From a virus (Duplodnaviria > Heunggongvirae > Uroviricota > Caudoviricetes): a stretch of 44,339 nt of DNA. Below are positions 1 through 8,699 of the stretch, piece after piece (position 1 is the stretch's first letter; every line of letters starts with the position of its first letter). The notes under the pieces are model-generated. The model was given only the letters and a program-made list of their open reading frames with translations. It was not told the DNA's origin and did no database searches. The stretch is taken from the IMG/VR virus record IMGVR_UViG_2923286960_000001. The stretch is one strand, 5' to 3'. The position numbers and the translations under genes are program-made.

Positions 1-1164
1 TTACGCCTTCTTTATATCCTCCATAATTCCACAGTGGGACATATTTGGGACATTATCACCAAAAATGTCGTCTATTTTCCTTGCATGCTCTGTCAAATGA
101 TTAGGCGCAAGGTGAGCATACCTACGAACCATTTCTATGGACTCCCATCCGCCCATTTCCTGAAGCACAGATAATGGGACGCCTGACTGGATCAGCCAGC
201 TTGCCCAGGTGTGTCTGAGGTCATGGAAACGGAAATCTTCAATTCCTGCACGACGACAAGCTGATAGCCATGATGTCTTGCTGTCGATGCGCATCTTCCT
301 GACCGCAGGCGTTGATGTTCCATCTGCTCGCTTAGCCGCCTTGGTATGTACAAACACCCATTTGTGATGCTTGCCTATTTGATCACGCAACACTTTACAG
401 GCGGTATCGTTCAGCGCCACACCAATGGCGCGGTTTGATTTGCTCTCTTCTGGATTCACCCAGGCAACTCGTCGCTGCATGTCGATTTGTTGCCATTCCA
501 GATTTATGATGTTCGACTTTCTCAGACCAGTTGCCAGCGCAAACTTGACGACAGATTTCAGTGGTTCGGGGCACTCATCAATAAGGCGTTTTGCTTCCTC
601 CTTTTCCAGCCATCTGACTCGCTTGTTTCTGACCGCTGGTATCTTGATGACAGGCGCTTTTTCCAGCCACTTCCAGTCGCGTTCTGCAGCACGGAGAATG
701 GCCTTTATCATGGCAAGATGCTTTGCCTTTGTCTGAGTTGATACTGGCTTTGGTTCATAAACAGGCGGTTCTTTACCTTTCCTGATGGCGGCCTGAACTT
801 TCTGTTTCCATATTTCTTTCGTCTTTCTGTTATGCATTCTGCTTACAGCAGAGTAAATCTTTGCCTCCGAGATATCTTTAAGCCTTATACCCTCAAAATG
901 TTCAAGCCAGAACTCAATCCGGCTTTTATCTGAATCGAGAGATTTTTTATCAGCTTTTTCCTCAAGCCATCTTAGGCAGGCCTCTTCAAAAGTGACATCA
1001 GGTAAATCCCCTAGCTTTTCTACTCGCCAGAGTTCTGCTTTTCGCTTGTCGTGCAACTCCTGAGCTTGCCGCTTGTCCTTTGTGCCAAGAGATTCCTTAA
1101 TTCGTTTCCCGCCCGGGAGCGAATACGAGGCATACCATATTTCATTTCTGCGGAAGAGTGACAT
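1..1164 (-). CDS. int: tyrosine-type site-specific integrase
   Basis: 387-aa ORF; C-terminal catalytic signature HDLRHT ... RYAHL (HxxR / Y); sits next to an excisionase ORF at the prophage end. Stop codon is at window position 1-3. Confidence 0.9.
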   Translation of the reverse strand: MSLFRRNEIWYASYSLPGGKRIKESLGTKDKRQAQELHDKRKAELWRVEKLGDLPDVTFEEACLRWLEEKADKKSLDSDKSRIEFWLEHFEGIRLKDISEAKIYSAVSRMHNRKTKEIWKQKVQAAIRKGKEPPVYEPKPVSTQTKAKHLAMIKAILRAAERDWKWLEKAPVIKIPAVRNKRVRWLEKEEAKRLIDECPEPLKSVVKFALATGLRKSNIINLEWQQIDMQRRVAWVNPEESKSNRAIGVALNDTACKVLRDQIGKHHKWVFVHTKAAKRADGTSTPAVRKMRIDSKTSWLSACRRAGIEDFRFHDLRHTWASWLIQSGVPLSVLQEMGGWESIEMVRRYAHLAPNHLTEHARKIDDIFGDNVPNMSHCGIMEDIKKA

Positions 1165-1391
1165 TTTCTTTCCTCTGTTATGCCATCACCCGCGCTCACT
1201 TGGACAGTATGCAGCGGAGACTGAAGCGCCGCAATGCAAGCTTGCCGTGTTGTGAGGTAAGGAGATTTTGGCTTGGTTGGATCTTTACGTGTTGCCTGTA
1301 GGCGGCCTGTTCGTATCCAGTTGGTGGCGGTTGGTCTGGATATCTTAAGAAACTGACAGGCCTCATCGAGTGTGAGGCTGTATGGCTCCAT
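1020..1391 (-). CDS. xis: excisionase-family DNA-binding protein (recombination directionality factor)
   Basis: Start taken at internal Met ([34 protein letters not shown] excisionase-like) with GAGGTGA about 6 nt upstream; ATG overlaps the upstream stop (TAATG). The 3' 145 nt overlap the int start in another frame. Confidence 0.65.
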   Translation of the reverse strand: MEPYSLTLDEACQFLKISRPTATNWIRTGRLQATRKDPTKPKSPYLTTRQACIAALQSPLHTVQVSAGDGITEERKCHSSAEMKYGMPRIRSRAGNELRNLLAQRTSGKLRSCTTSEKQNSGE

Positions 1392-1696
1392 TATTTCACC
1401 TCTTGCTGTGTCATTGTTGAAAAATGGATACCAGCTCGTTGCTGCCAGACGATCCAACCGAGAGTCATATCCCATGCCATGTATTCGTTATCGCCGTTTT
1501 TTACTCTCCGACGATCTACTAAGTCACCGAAACGCTTTTCCATGAATAATTCATAGGCTTCGCGTTCATCTGGCTCTACTTCCAGAGATACGAGTGCGAT
1601 TTCATAAGCACGGCGCTCAATATCGTCTCGAACCTCTAGGCTGCTGATTCGTTCTTTGATTTCTTTAATCAGTTCTTTATTGGTAAATGTGGTCAT
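1391..1696 (-). CDS. hypothetical early prophage protein (101 aa; size and position match KplE1 YfdT)
   Basis: ORF translationally coupled to neighbours on both sides (1-nt overlaps); acidic, helical-looking sequence. Confidence 0.55.
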   Translation of the reverse strand: MTTFTNKELIKEIKERISSLEVRDDIERRAYEIALVSLEVEPDEREAYELFMEKRFGDLVDRRRVKNGDNEYMAWDMTLGWIVWQQRAGIHFSTMTQQEVK

Positions 1697-2058
1697 TATG
1701 CTCCAGCCTCCGGTGCTTTTGGCATTACTGCCCAGTGAGTGATATTGACGTTTTCAAGGTCCCCGACCTGAAATGTCCACTGCCATTCTCCGGTTTCTTT
1801 TTGTCCCCAGGTGTACCAGAGAGAACGCCAGCCAATCAGCCAGCCTTCTCCATTAGCATCAAATAACAGAACACTTTCATTTGCTGGTGGCAGTTCAGCT
1901 GACACTGGTATTATTTTGTTTTCCAGTGCCGCACATTTAGCTTCAAGCGCGTCGAATTTACGTAACAGGTACTCAGCATTTGTTTCATTCACTTTCAGAT
2001 CTCGCGGTACACATTTCCCGCGAAGAAACCCTTCCATTTCGAAAACATTCATGCGCAT
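1696..2058 (-). CDS. hypothetical early prophage protein (120 aa, Trp-rich; YfdS-like)
   Basis: ORF in operon arrangement; start overlaps the upstream gene stop. Confidence 0.55.
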   Translation of the reverse strand: MRMNVFEMEGFLRGKCVPRDLKVNETNAEYLLRKFDALEAKCAALENKIIPVSAELPPANESVLLFDANGEGWLIGWRSLWYTWGQKETGEWQWTFQVGDLENVNITHWAVMPKAPEAGA

Positions 2059-2585
2059 TTGCGTAACTCCGATAAATCGTTAAAACGTTCCATAAACATC
2101 CCGTAGGCATGACCCGGTGCCAGTGGAATCACGTTGAACATCTCTGTTGCCGGGATGCCTTCCAGTACAGGCCAGAAAGAGCCATCATCAAGCCCGAGAT
2201 CGCGGCGTTCGGTTGCCAGCATGATGAGATCGGCATATTTCACGGGTGTACTCATAACTGGGGGTAACCCGTATTCCTCACGGATTACGGCGTCTATTTT
2301 TTCTTCCATCCGTTTATAGTCAGGAAGAAGGCGTTTCAGTGGTGCGGGAATGTCCTGGCAATACGCTTCTGTTGCATCATGCATTAACGCTTCAAAAGCA
2401 AATTCCTGCGGCACCAGCTGGCTGCAAAGAACCGCATGTTGGGCGACGCTGTAGAAGTGCGAAAGATGACCGGCAAAGCGACAGATATTTGAAAGGGAAA
2501 CCGCGATATCGTTAATATCGATGTCGTCTTTATTTATCTTGTCATAATAAAAATGCTTCCCGGAAAAAGTTTTAATAAATGACAT
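2049..2585 (-). CDS. yfdR: HD-domain phosphohydrolase (5'-deoxynucleotidase, YfdR-like)
   Basis: 178 aa from MSFIKTF with GGAGA 7 nt upstream; His ... HD ... D metal-binding pattern (SVAQHAV ... LMHDATEAY). Confidence 0.7.
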   Translation of the reverse strand: MSFIKTFSGKHFYYDKINKDDIDINDIAVSLSNICRFAGHLSHFYSVAQHAVLCSQLVPQEFAFEALMHDATEAYCQDIPAPLKRLLPDYKRMEEKIDAVIREEYGLPPVMSTPVKYADLIMLATERRDLGLDDGSFWPVLEGIPATEMFNVIPLAPGHAYGMFMERFNDLSELRKCA

Positions 2586-2712
2586 TTTGTTCTCCACGTA
2601 TATGCACTGCACCGCGCTGAATTCTGGTAAAAGGAAGCCCTCACCATCCGGTGATTATTGAGTTAATTACGTTTCCATAAATGCCCCCGCAGGGGCATTT
2701 GCAGTAATGAAA

Positions 2713-3537
2713 TCAGGCGGTGAAAGTACCAATAAAGGTTTCTACTTTGCTGTCTTTGAATTTCTCAACAAGCAGATCACGAAATTCGTTAGCCATTTCT
2801 TCCTGCACCGCTTCCAGCTGAATAATGCGCAGAACCAGTACAGGACGATCGCCAGTGATAATGCTGAGGCGTAATTTAAACGGACGTTCTTTCAGACCTT
2901 CAAACGGAACGCATTTAAATTCAAATGCCACTGGCATAATGTCTTTGGTCTTCGCTTCGACAGACTCCATCAGGGAGCGTTTGCCGCTGAAGTCATTATC
3001 TTCAAAATCAGCGGTCTGGTTTGCTTCAATCGTGATTTTACGGACTGCCGCAGCCGCTTTTGTTGCTTGAATGGCGTCACCATTAGCATCAAAGCCCACA
3101 AGGTAGTCGGCCCAGTCTTCGATCCATTCTGCCAGTGACCTCTGGGAGTTACGCTCGCCGTTAACAGACAACAGAGCAGAGAACGGTGCTGTCTTTTTCA
3201 GTTTGAGAGTGGCAGTGTTATCTGCGTGACCTGGCTCATCAATAGTACCCAGGTTAAGCACACTGACGGCACGCATATTATCGGCATCGATAAAGCAGCG
3301 GGTGCCTTCATCTGCAAGATCTTTAGAATAACGGGTAAAATCATCGATGCTGGCAGTGGAAAGTGCACCACGGAAACGGAAGCGATTTAAATTAAATTTT
3401 TCCAGATCATGAATGCGGAAATTCTCAGGCAATGCCACAGCATCGGCACCAATCTTACTGATAATTTCATTAACACCCTGAGCAGAAATAAGGGCATGGA
3501 TTTGATTAATTGCGGTTGCGTCTAAGTTCTGAGACAT
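2713..3537 (-). CDS. yfdQ: uncharacterised prophage protein (274 aa, YfdQ/DUF2303-like)
   Basis: ORF with GAGGAC SD-like sequence; length and sequence recalled as YfdQ-like. Confidence 0.65.
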   Translation of the reverse strand: MSQNLDATAINQIHALISAQGVNEIISKIGADAVALPENFRIHDLEKFNLNRFRFRGALSTASIDDFTRYSKDLADEGTRCFIDADNMRAVSVLNLGTIDEPGHADNTATLKLKKTAPFSALLSVNGERNSQRSLAEWIEDWADYLVGFDANGDAIQATKAAAAVRKITIEANQTADFEDNDFSGKRSLMESVEAKTKDIMPVAFEFKCVPFEGLKERPFKLRLSIITGDRPVLVLRIIQLEAVQEEMANEFRDLLVEKFKDSKVETFIGTFTA

Positions 3538-3602
3538 AATAAGTCCTCACTATATAAAGATATTCAGTGATGAGATAAATAATCAGTTTATTACGAACGA
3601 TA

Positions 3603-3965
3603 TTAACGACCTGCTGCGCGGAGTTTTCCGTCAGGTTCACCGGCAAGAGTCAGTAATTGTCCCTGGTCTTCCTGCAGAATAGTCAGGCGACCACCGCGAT
3701 TGACATACATCGGCGTTTCGGTGGTGTCTTCTTCGGAAATTTTCCCGCGGTTAGTTGGGCGAACATATGAGAGTTTGTGTTTGATTTTCACACGGTTCTC
3801 ATCAAACGGTTCGATTTCCAGATTGAGTGAGACCTTCCCTTTGGTTTTCGTGTTCATCACACCGGAAGCGACCTCACTGAGAACTGCGCCGATTTTGGTT
3901 TCAAATACGCCGCCGTCCAGCTCCCCGATAAATGCCTGCACATCAGTACTGCGTTCGCTAGCCAT
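3603..3965 (-). CDS. hypothetical early prophage protein (120 aa, YfdP-like)
   Basis: Start at MASERSTDVQ with AGGAG 8 nt upstream; the longer ORF to 4151 lacks an SD and is Arg/Cys-rich. Confidence 0.6.
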   Translation of the reverse strand: MASERSTDVQAFIGELDGGVFETKIGAVLSEVASGVMNTKTKGKVSLNLEIEPFDENRVKIKHKLSYVRPTNRGKISEEDTTETPMYVNRGGRLTILQEDQGQLLTLAGEPDGKLRAAGR

Positions 3966-4426
3966 TTTGCTGCTCCTCATCATATCGACCCTGCAAGGTC
4001 GGTTGGTTTCTCCACAAAACAGAGAAGAACACCTGCGGTGGCAGCCGCCCGGATGGATTGGGTTATGAGCCCGTCGTCCGGTGATGCTCTTCTCTGTTTT
4101 GTAAAAAGAGCGGTGCCAGCCGGAAGCAAGTGTACAAACTGGTACCGCCAAAGCAGTGGCTGTTGTGGTGCCGGGTGCCTCCCGGTGCCTGGCGAAGGTT
4201 GCACACCAGGCGGGTGGGTATCCACAGAAGGTCGACTGTCAGCCTCAACCTTAACCCGCGTGCGCTGAGCCGCATTCACCACAACGCTAAGGATTCTCTC
4301 TGGTTGAAAATACTTAGCTGTTATGTGCCTGCTTTTAGCCACATCAGGCGAGGTGGACCTGGTTATTCCCCAACAACAAGGATTCGGTTAATCTTGATAC
4401 CCCCAATAACATGGTGATTATTTAAG

Positions 4427-4930
4427 ATGGACAAATTTGATAGAAGTGCACAAAGGCAGTTGTTACAAATACTGTATGATGCTCATCCTTATGAAATTTC
4501 TGATGATGCGTTGCAGTCTGTTCGTGACGCATTTGGAGATGATAATGTCCTAATTTCGAACTTAATTTATCTCGAAGAACATGGCTTGATTAAGAATGCT
4601 CTTGATTATTACTTGGATGGCATAAATATAAATATTCCTGAATTAAGAATTACTAAAGATGGAATTGATTTCATTCGTGATGATGGAGGTCTTAAAGCTA
4701 TTCTTGGGATTATGACAATAAGATTGCATGATGAGACTCTCTGTGAACTTGAACGTATCATCAATAGTTCTACTTCTGCCACGACTGAAGATAAGAAGAA
4801 ATTACTCTCTCAGCTTCGAACGCTTCCTGCCGACGCCATAAAACAGCTGACGATTCGATTACTTGGTCAGGGGCTTGACCATCTGCCGGACGTATTTCAC
4901 GTAATTCAAAAAGCCCTCCATTCTCTGTAA
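4427..4930 (+). CDS. hypothetical protein (167 aa), AT-rich moron of unknown function
   Basis: 504-nt ORF in low-GC DNA where stop codons should be frequent; globular-looking sequence; followed by an intrinsic terminator at 5108-5134. Confidence 0.5.
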   Translation: MDKFDRSAQRQLLQILYDAHPYEISDDALQSVRDAFGDDNVLISNLIYLEEHGLIKNALDYYLDGININIPELRITKDGIDFIRDDGGLKAILGIMTIRLHDETLCELERIINSSTSATTEDKKKLLSQLRTLPADAIKQLTIRLLGQGLDHLPDVFHVIQKALHSL

Positions 4931-5107
4931 ATTCTGATTCTGGTCGGATTAGACAGAATCGTCCCCATCCGACCTGCTTACTAAGTAGAATCCAGAATTC
5001 GTCTTGTTGGTTGGTGCTGATAAAAAATCCATTAGGATGAACGTAAGCACAGAATATGACCATAGAACCCTCTTTTGTTACGGGGATACTAAGATTGTTA
5101 AAGAGCT

Positions 5108-5134
5108 AAGCGTCCTGTAGGGCGCTTTTTTGTT
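5108..5134 (+). terminator. rho-independent terminator downstream of the 167-aa ORF
   Basis: Hairpin AAGCGTCC-tgta-GGGCGCTT followed by TTTTTTGTTG. Confidence 0.55.
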
Positions 5135-5219
5135 GCTAACGAATCATCCGGTCATTCATACGCCACCGGCGGCTACTTCGTGGGCGTCCTGCCTGTCCGT
5201 GATAGCTTACATTATGTTG

Positions 5220-5232
5220 CTACTTAAAGTAG
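5220..5232. promoter_or_regulatory. candidate OL operator (perfect 13-bp palindrome CTACTTAAAGTAG)
   Basis: Same half-site (CTAYTT/AAGTAG) as the two repeats between cI and cro; a second inverted repeat lies at 5240-5268 (CAACAACAAA-n9-TTTGTTGTTG). Confidence 0.45.
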
Positions 5233-5410
5233 CAAAAATCAACAACAAAAAGTAGATATTTGTTGTTGTCTATGATTTTTCTATAATTAATTGAAAGTTA
5301 AATGTTTTTGCTGATTTACTATGCTGTAAACTGAAAATATCGCACGAAGTTGGAGTAGGTATTGAGCATAGTGAATTATGAGGAGGGAGTTTTTTATGAG
5401 ATTAATCAGG

Positions 5411-5446
5411 GAGAAAGAAGAGGAAAGCCCGGTTATGCGGCCGGGC
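5411..5446 (-). terminator. candidate terminator after the ParA-like gene
   Basis: GCCCGG-n8-CCGGGC hairpin right after the stop, followed on the minus strand by a U/C-rich tract. Confidence 0.35.
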
Positions 5447-5453
5447 ACATGCA

Positions 5454-6530
5454 TTACTTTGTAAGTTCTAGAACTCGTTGAGCCAGCCCTTTAAATTGTT
5501 CGTTAAAGGCGTCTCTGCTTGATTTCATTGTATTTAAGGCATGCCCAAATTGCCCTGAATCGCGAATTTGCTGATCACTGATGGAGAAAACAGGTGTCGC
5601 TAGTTGTTGGCTTATTGCGATTAATGAGTTGAAATCGGAAATATGCGCAAGATCATAGGCTGATAAATCTCCACTGACTGTTGTTTTGTTAATTGCATGT
5701 TGCACTTTATCTCGTGGAATTATGCAGGTAATTTTTTCTAGATTTGGCACTAAGATCGAATCAACAGCATCACGGATAGCTGCCATCCATTTTTCGAAAG
5801 ATTTTACAGGTGCTCCTTTACGCGGCCTGTATCTCTGCTGAATCATACCTAGAAACTGCGGTGCATTTTTAATTGATTGTGAAGAGTTACCATCATTATT
5901 TTCTTTAAATAATGCTAATTCTTTGTGCCAGCGAGGTATATTTTTTGAGAGAGAGCGAATTGCTTGCCAGCAAAAAAAGTCTGGAGCTACAGGTACGATA
6001 AAATAGTCACTTGACATGAGAACTACTTCATTTAAACCTCCAACATTAGGGCTGAGATCATAAAGAATGTAATCAATATTATTCTTCATGGCGATTAGCT
6101 GTAATATTTTTGGCAGGTTCCCTGGTATATTTCTTGTAGCAGGAATACCAGCAGCAATTTTTAGAGAAACACTTATCTGTGAATCTAAGTCCGAAACATC
6201 TAAATGTCCGGGAAGAAGCAGAAGGTTTTCATGCAGTGTAGGGTGTAATTTTCCCGTTTCTTTTTCAAGGTATGCTTCAGGTTGTCCGCCATTAATCAAA
6301 TATTCTACAATAGGTCCAAGAGTTAAGTTATCTCTGCTAGAATAAAAAGAATCTAAACCCTCATCAATCTTTTCATAGCCAAGAACCATTCCTGTTAGAT
6401 TACATTGCGAATCAAGGTCAACCATCAATACTTTCTTGCCTTCATCCGCAAGTGCCCATCCAAGATTGAAGGTTGTTGTGGTTTTACTTACCCCACCTTT
6501 ATGATTAAAAAAACAAATTGATTTTGTCAT
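5454..6530 (-). CDS. ParA/MinD-family P-loop ATPase with about 100-aa C-terminal extension (orphan, no ParB)
   Basis: Deviant Walker A KGGVSKTT at residues 11-18, A' motif MVDLDSQ, Walker B-like DYILYDLSPN; AAGGA SD; low GC; lies downstream of cI on the same strand. Confidence 0.85.
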   Translation of the reverse strand: MTKSICFFNHKGGVSKTTTTFNLGWALADEGKKVLMVDLDSQCNLTGMVLGYEKIDEGLDSFYSSRDNLTLGPIVEYLINGGQPEAYLEKETGKLHPTLHENLLLLPGHLDVSDLDSQISVSLKIAAGIPATRNIPGNLPKILQLIAMKNNIDYILYDLSPNVGGLNEVVLMSSDYFIVPVAPDFFCWQAIRSLSKNIPRWHKELALFKENNDGNSSQSIKNAPQFLGMIQQRYRPRKGAPVKSFEKWMAAIRDAVDSILVPNLEKITCIIPRDKVQHAINKTTVSGDLSAYDLAHISDFNSLIAISQQLATPVFSISDQQIRDSGQFGHALNTMKSSRDAFNEQFKGLAQRVLELTK

Positions 6531-6700
6531 ATTTCTCTATCCTTTCGACCCCCAGCATATTGTAATTTACGCTGGGTGATTATTTTATATTGTTAATGAT
6601 AATGTTTAATAAAAATAAGAGAGTAAAACAACTATTAGTAATAGCACTTGCTTGATAAATATTATTTTTTCACCTTTAGTTCTATAGTCTAAACGAAGAA

Positions 6701-7441
6701 CTAAAGCCGGTTGTATTTAATTGATTCGTGTATCAATGCTTTGCCCATAACATAAAGTTGATCTTGGGACTTCTCATCAATGTACCATTTCTCATAGGCT
6801 GGATTATCCGAAAGAACGGCGAGTTTGTTGCCTTGCATTTGTAGACGTTTAACGTGGAACGTCTTACCATAAACGAAAGAGTAAACACCATCAGTTTGGA
6901 AGTTGCGAACAGAAATGTCGACAAACAGTCGATCTCCGGAAACTAGAGTAGGGGACATGCTGTCGCCATTTACAGTCATAACTTTAATATCATCTTGAGA
7001 ACGATTACCGAAAAGAGAACGGGCATGCTCTGTTGTGAACTCAATGGCGTAGAGCACATCAACATAGTCTGAAAGCATATAGGTTCCAGGTCCTGCGCTA
7101 ACGCTAAGATCCAAAACTTCTATCCTGTATACATCGGGTTTTGTTGGATTGGGGATGCTTGCCATTTCCTTACATCCTTCTCTCTCGCCAACACCATATT
7201 CTAAATATGAAGCTGATACCCCCAGAGCCAATGCAAGTTTATTCATGACAGAGGCACGAGGCTTCGCAGCGCCGATTGTGTATCGCCGCGCCATTTCATA
7301 TGTAACGCCCACAAGACTTTTGAGTTGGGTGACAGAAATTCCCTTGTTTGTCATTAGCTCGTTTAGTCTCTTGGCGAAATCTGGATACTTCTGTTCTTCT
7401 ACCATAGGTAGAAGGTTACTCGCATCACATACGCTAGTCAT
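6701..7441 (-). CDS. cI: CI-like prophage repressor (HTH plus S24 LexA-like autopeptidase domain)
   Basis: N-terminal HTH (ISVTQLKSLVGVTYEMARRY), C-terminal Ser/Lys dyad (VNGDSMSPTL ... VKRL). Start uncertain: ATGs at 7462, 7441 and 7405; 7441 chosen because it abuts the operator repeats (leaderless PRM-like). Confidence 0.8.
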   Translation of the reverse strand: MTSVCDASNLLPMVEEQKYPDFAKRLNELMTNKGISVTQLKSLVGVTYEMARRYTIGAAKPRASVMNKLALALGVSASYLEYGVGEREGCKEMASIPNPTKPDVYRIEVLDLSVSAGPGTYMLSDYVDVLYAIEFTTEHARSLFGNRSQDDIKVMTVNGDSMSPTLVSGDRLFVDISVRNFQTDGVYSFVYGKTFHVKRLQMQGNKLAVLSDNPAYEKWYIDEKSQDQLYVMGKALIHESIKYNRL

Positions 7442-7443
7442 TT

Positions 7444-7479
7444 CTATTTTAAGTAGTTGCATTCTGCTATTTTAAGTAG
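7444..7479. promoter_or_regulatory. OR-like operator repeats between cI and cro
   Basis: Two copies of CTATTTTAAGTAG (7444-7456, 7467-7479); a further palindrome CCTCTGAATTTCAGAGG at 7487-7503 just upstream of the cro SD. Confidence 0.5.
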
Positions 7480-7511
7480 CATCATCCCTCTGAATTTCAG
7501 AGGAGAAAGGT

Positions 7512-7775
7512 ATGTCATCTCAAAACTACACAGAGAAAGCAGTAAAAGCTGCGGGAAAATCTTTATCTGAAGTAGCCCGTCACTTTGGTTTTAAGTCCAC
7601 TCAATCCGTCGCTAATTGGGTAATTAACAATCAAGTCCCGTCAGAACGGGTTTTACAACTTTGTGAGTTGGGAAACTGGTCCGTGACCCCTCATGAACTG
7701 CGTCCTGATATTTACCCCAATCCAAATGATGGATTACCTGAGTGCTATTCAAAAGTTAGCGGTTCAGCTGCGTAA
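7512..7775 (+). CDS. cro: Cro-like HTH regulator (YdaS-like)
   Basis: 87-aa ORF divergent from cI, GAGGAG SD; HTH segment LSEVARHFGFKSTQSVANW. Confidence 0.75.
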   Translation: MSSQNYTEKAVKAAGKSLSEVARHFGFKSTQSVANWVINNQVPSERVLQLCELGNWSVTPHELRPDIYPNPNDGLPECYSKVSGSAA

Positions 7776-7803
7776 ACGTAACCACAGAAACGAGGAGTTA
7801 ACC

Positions 7804-8355
7804 GTGGGTAAGCATCACTGGAAAATAGAAAAACAGCCTGAGTGGTACGTGAAAGCTGTCAGAAAAACTATCGCAGCGTTGCCGGGGGGTTACGCTGAAG
7901 CTGCTGACTGGCTGGACGTAACAGAGAACGCATTATTTAACCGCCTTCGTGCCGATGGCGATCAGATTTTCCCGCTGGGATGGGCAATGGTTTTACAGCG
8001 TGCTGGTGGCACTCACTTCATTGCTGATGCTGTGGCGCAGTCTGCAAATGGCGTATTTGTGTCTCTTCCTGACGTCGAGGATGTGGACAACGCCGATATT
8101 AACCAGCGTCTGCTGGAAGTCATTGAACAGATCGGCAGTTATTCAAAACAGATTCGTTCAGCAATCGAAGACGGTGTAGTGGAACCGCATGAGAAGACAG
8201 CAATTAACGACGAGCTGTATCTCTCAATTTCGAAGCTGCAGGAGCATGCAGCACTGGTCTACAAAATCTTTTGCATTTCAGAAAGTAATGACGCCCGCGA
8301 GTGTGCAGCTCCGGGCGCCGTGGCGTGTCGTGACTGTGGAGAAACTAACGCATGA
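7804..8355 (+). CDS. CII-like early regulatory protein (YdaT-like)
   Basis: GTG start with GAGGAG 6 nt upstream, just after the cro stop; the ORF track start at 7693 overlaps cro and lacks an SD. Confidence 0.6.
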   Translation: MGKHHWKIEKQPEWYVKAVRKTIAALPGGYAEAADWLDVTENALFNRLRADGDQIFPLGWAMVLQRAGGTHFIADAVAQSANGVFVSLPDVEDVDNADINQRLLEVIEQIGSYSKQIRSAIEDGVVEPHEKTAINDELYLSISKLQEHAALVYKIFCISESNDARECAAPGAVACRDCGETNA

Positions 8356-8690
8356 ACAGTTTAACAACACACTACCGTCGCTCGCAACTGATTGCGCTTC
8401 CTGTACCGGGTGGAAAAGCGAAGGTGGAATATTGCTATGCAGTGAATGTACCAGGTGACAGGGAAATTGTAACCCACAGCTTTGCTGAGTGGGCTGTGGG
8501 TGATTTCAACCGGCAGAAGGAGACAGTCCTTTGCGACAAGTTAACCGCTGGTTCAAAGATCACTACGGAGTGCCCGTCAGAGTCATTCGTTGGGAACCGG
8601 AAACACAACGTGTTATCTACCTCCGCGAAGGCTATGAGCATGAGTGCTTCAGCCCGCTCGAACAGTTTCGTCGTAAATTCAGGGAAATAG
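8352..8690 (+). CDS. hypothetical protein; probably frameshifted or two overlapping small genes (see findings)
   Basis: ATG overlaps the upstream stop (ATGA); translation becomes low-complexity after about residue 60, while the +2 frame from TTG 8531 (AAGGAG SD) to 8710 reads protein-like. Confidence 0.35.
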   Translation: MNSLTTHYRRSQLIALPVPGGKAKVEYCYAVNVPGDREIVTHSFAEWAVGDFNRQKETVLCDKLTAGSKITTECPSESFVGNRKHNVLSTSAKAMSMSASARSNSFVVNSGK

Positions 8691-8699
8691 AGGTCGGTC

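Noticed and set aside
3966-4151. Longer 182-aa form of the YfdP-like ORF
   Set aside because: Upstream 62 codons are Cys/Arg-rich with no SD; the internal ATG at 3965 has a strong AGGAG.
4130-4417. 95-aa plus-strand ORF and overlapping 70-120-aa ORFs in the GC-rich non-coding block
   Set aside because: Arg/Pro/Trp-rich, no SD, mutually overlapping in several frames; region treated as non-coding structured DNA/RNA instead.
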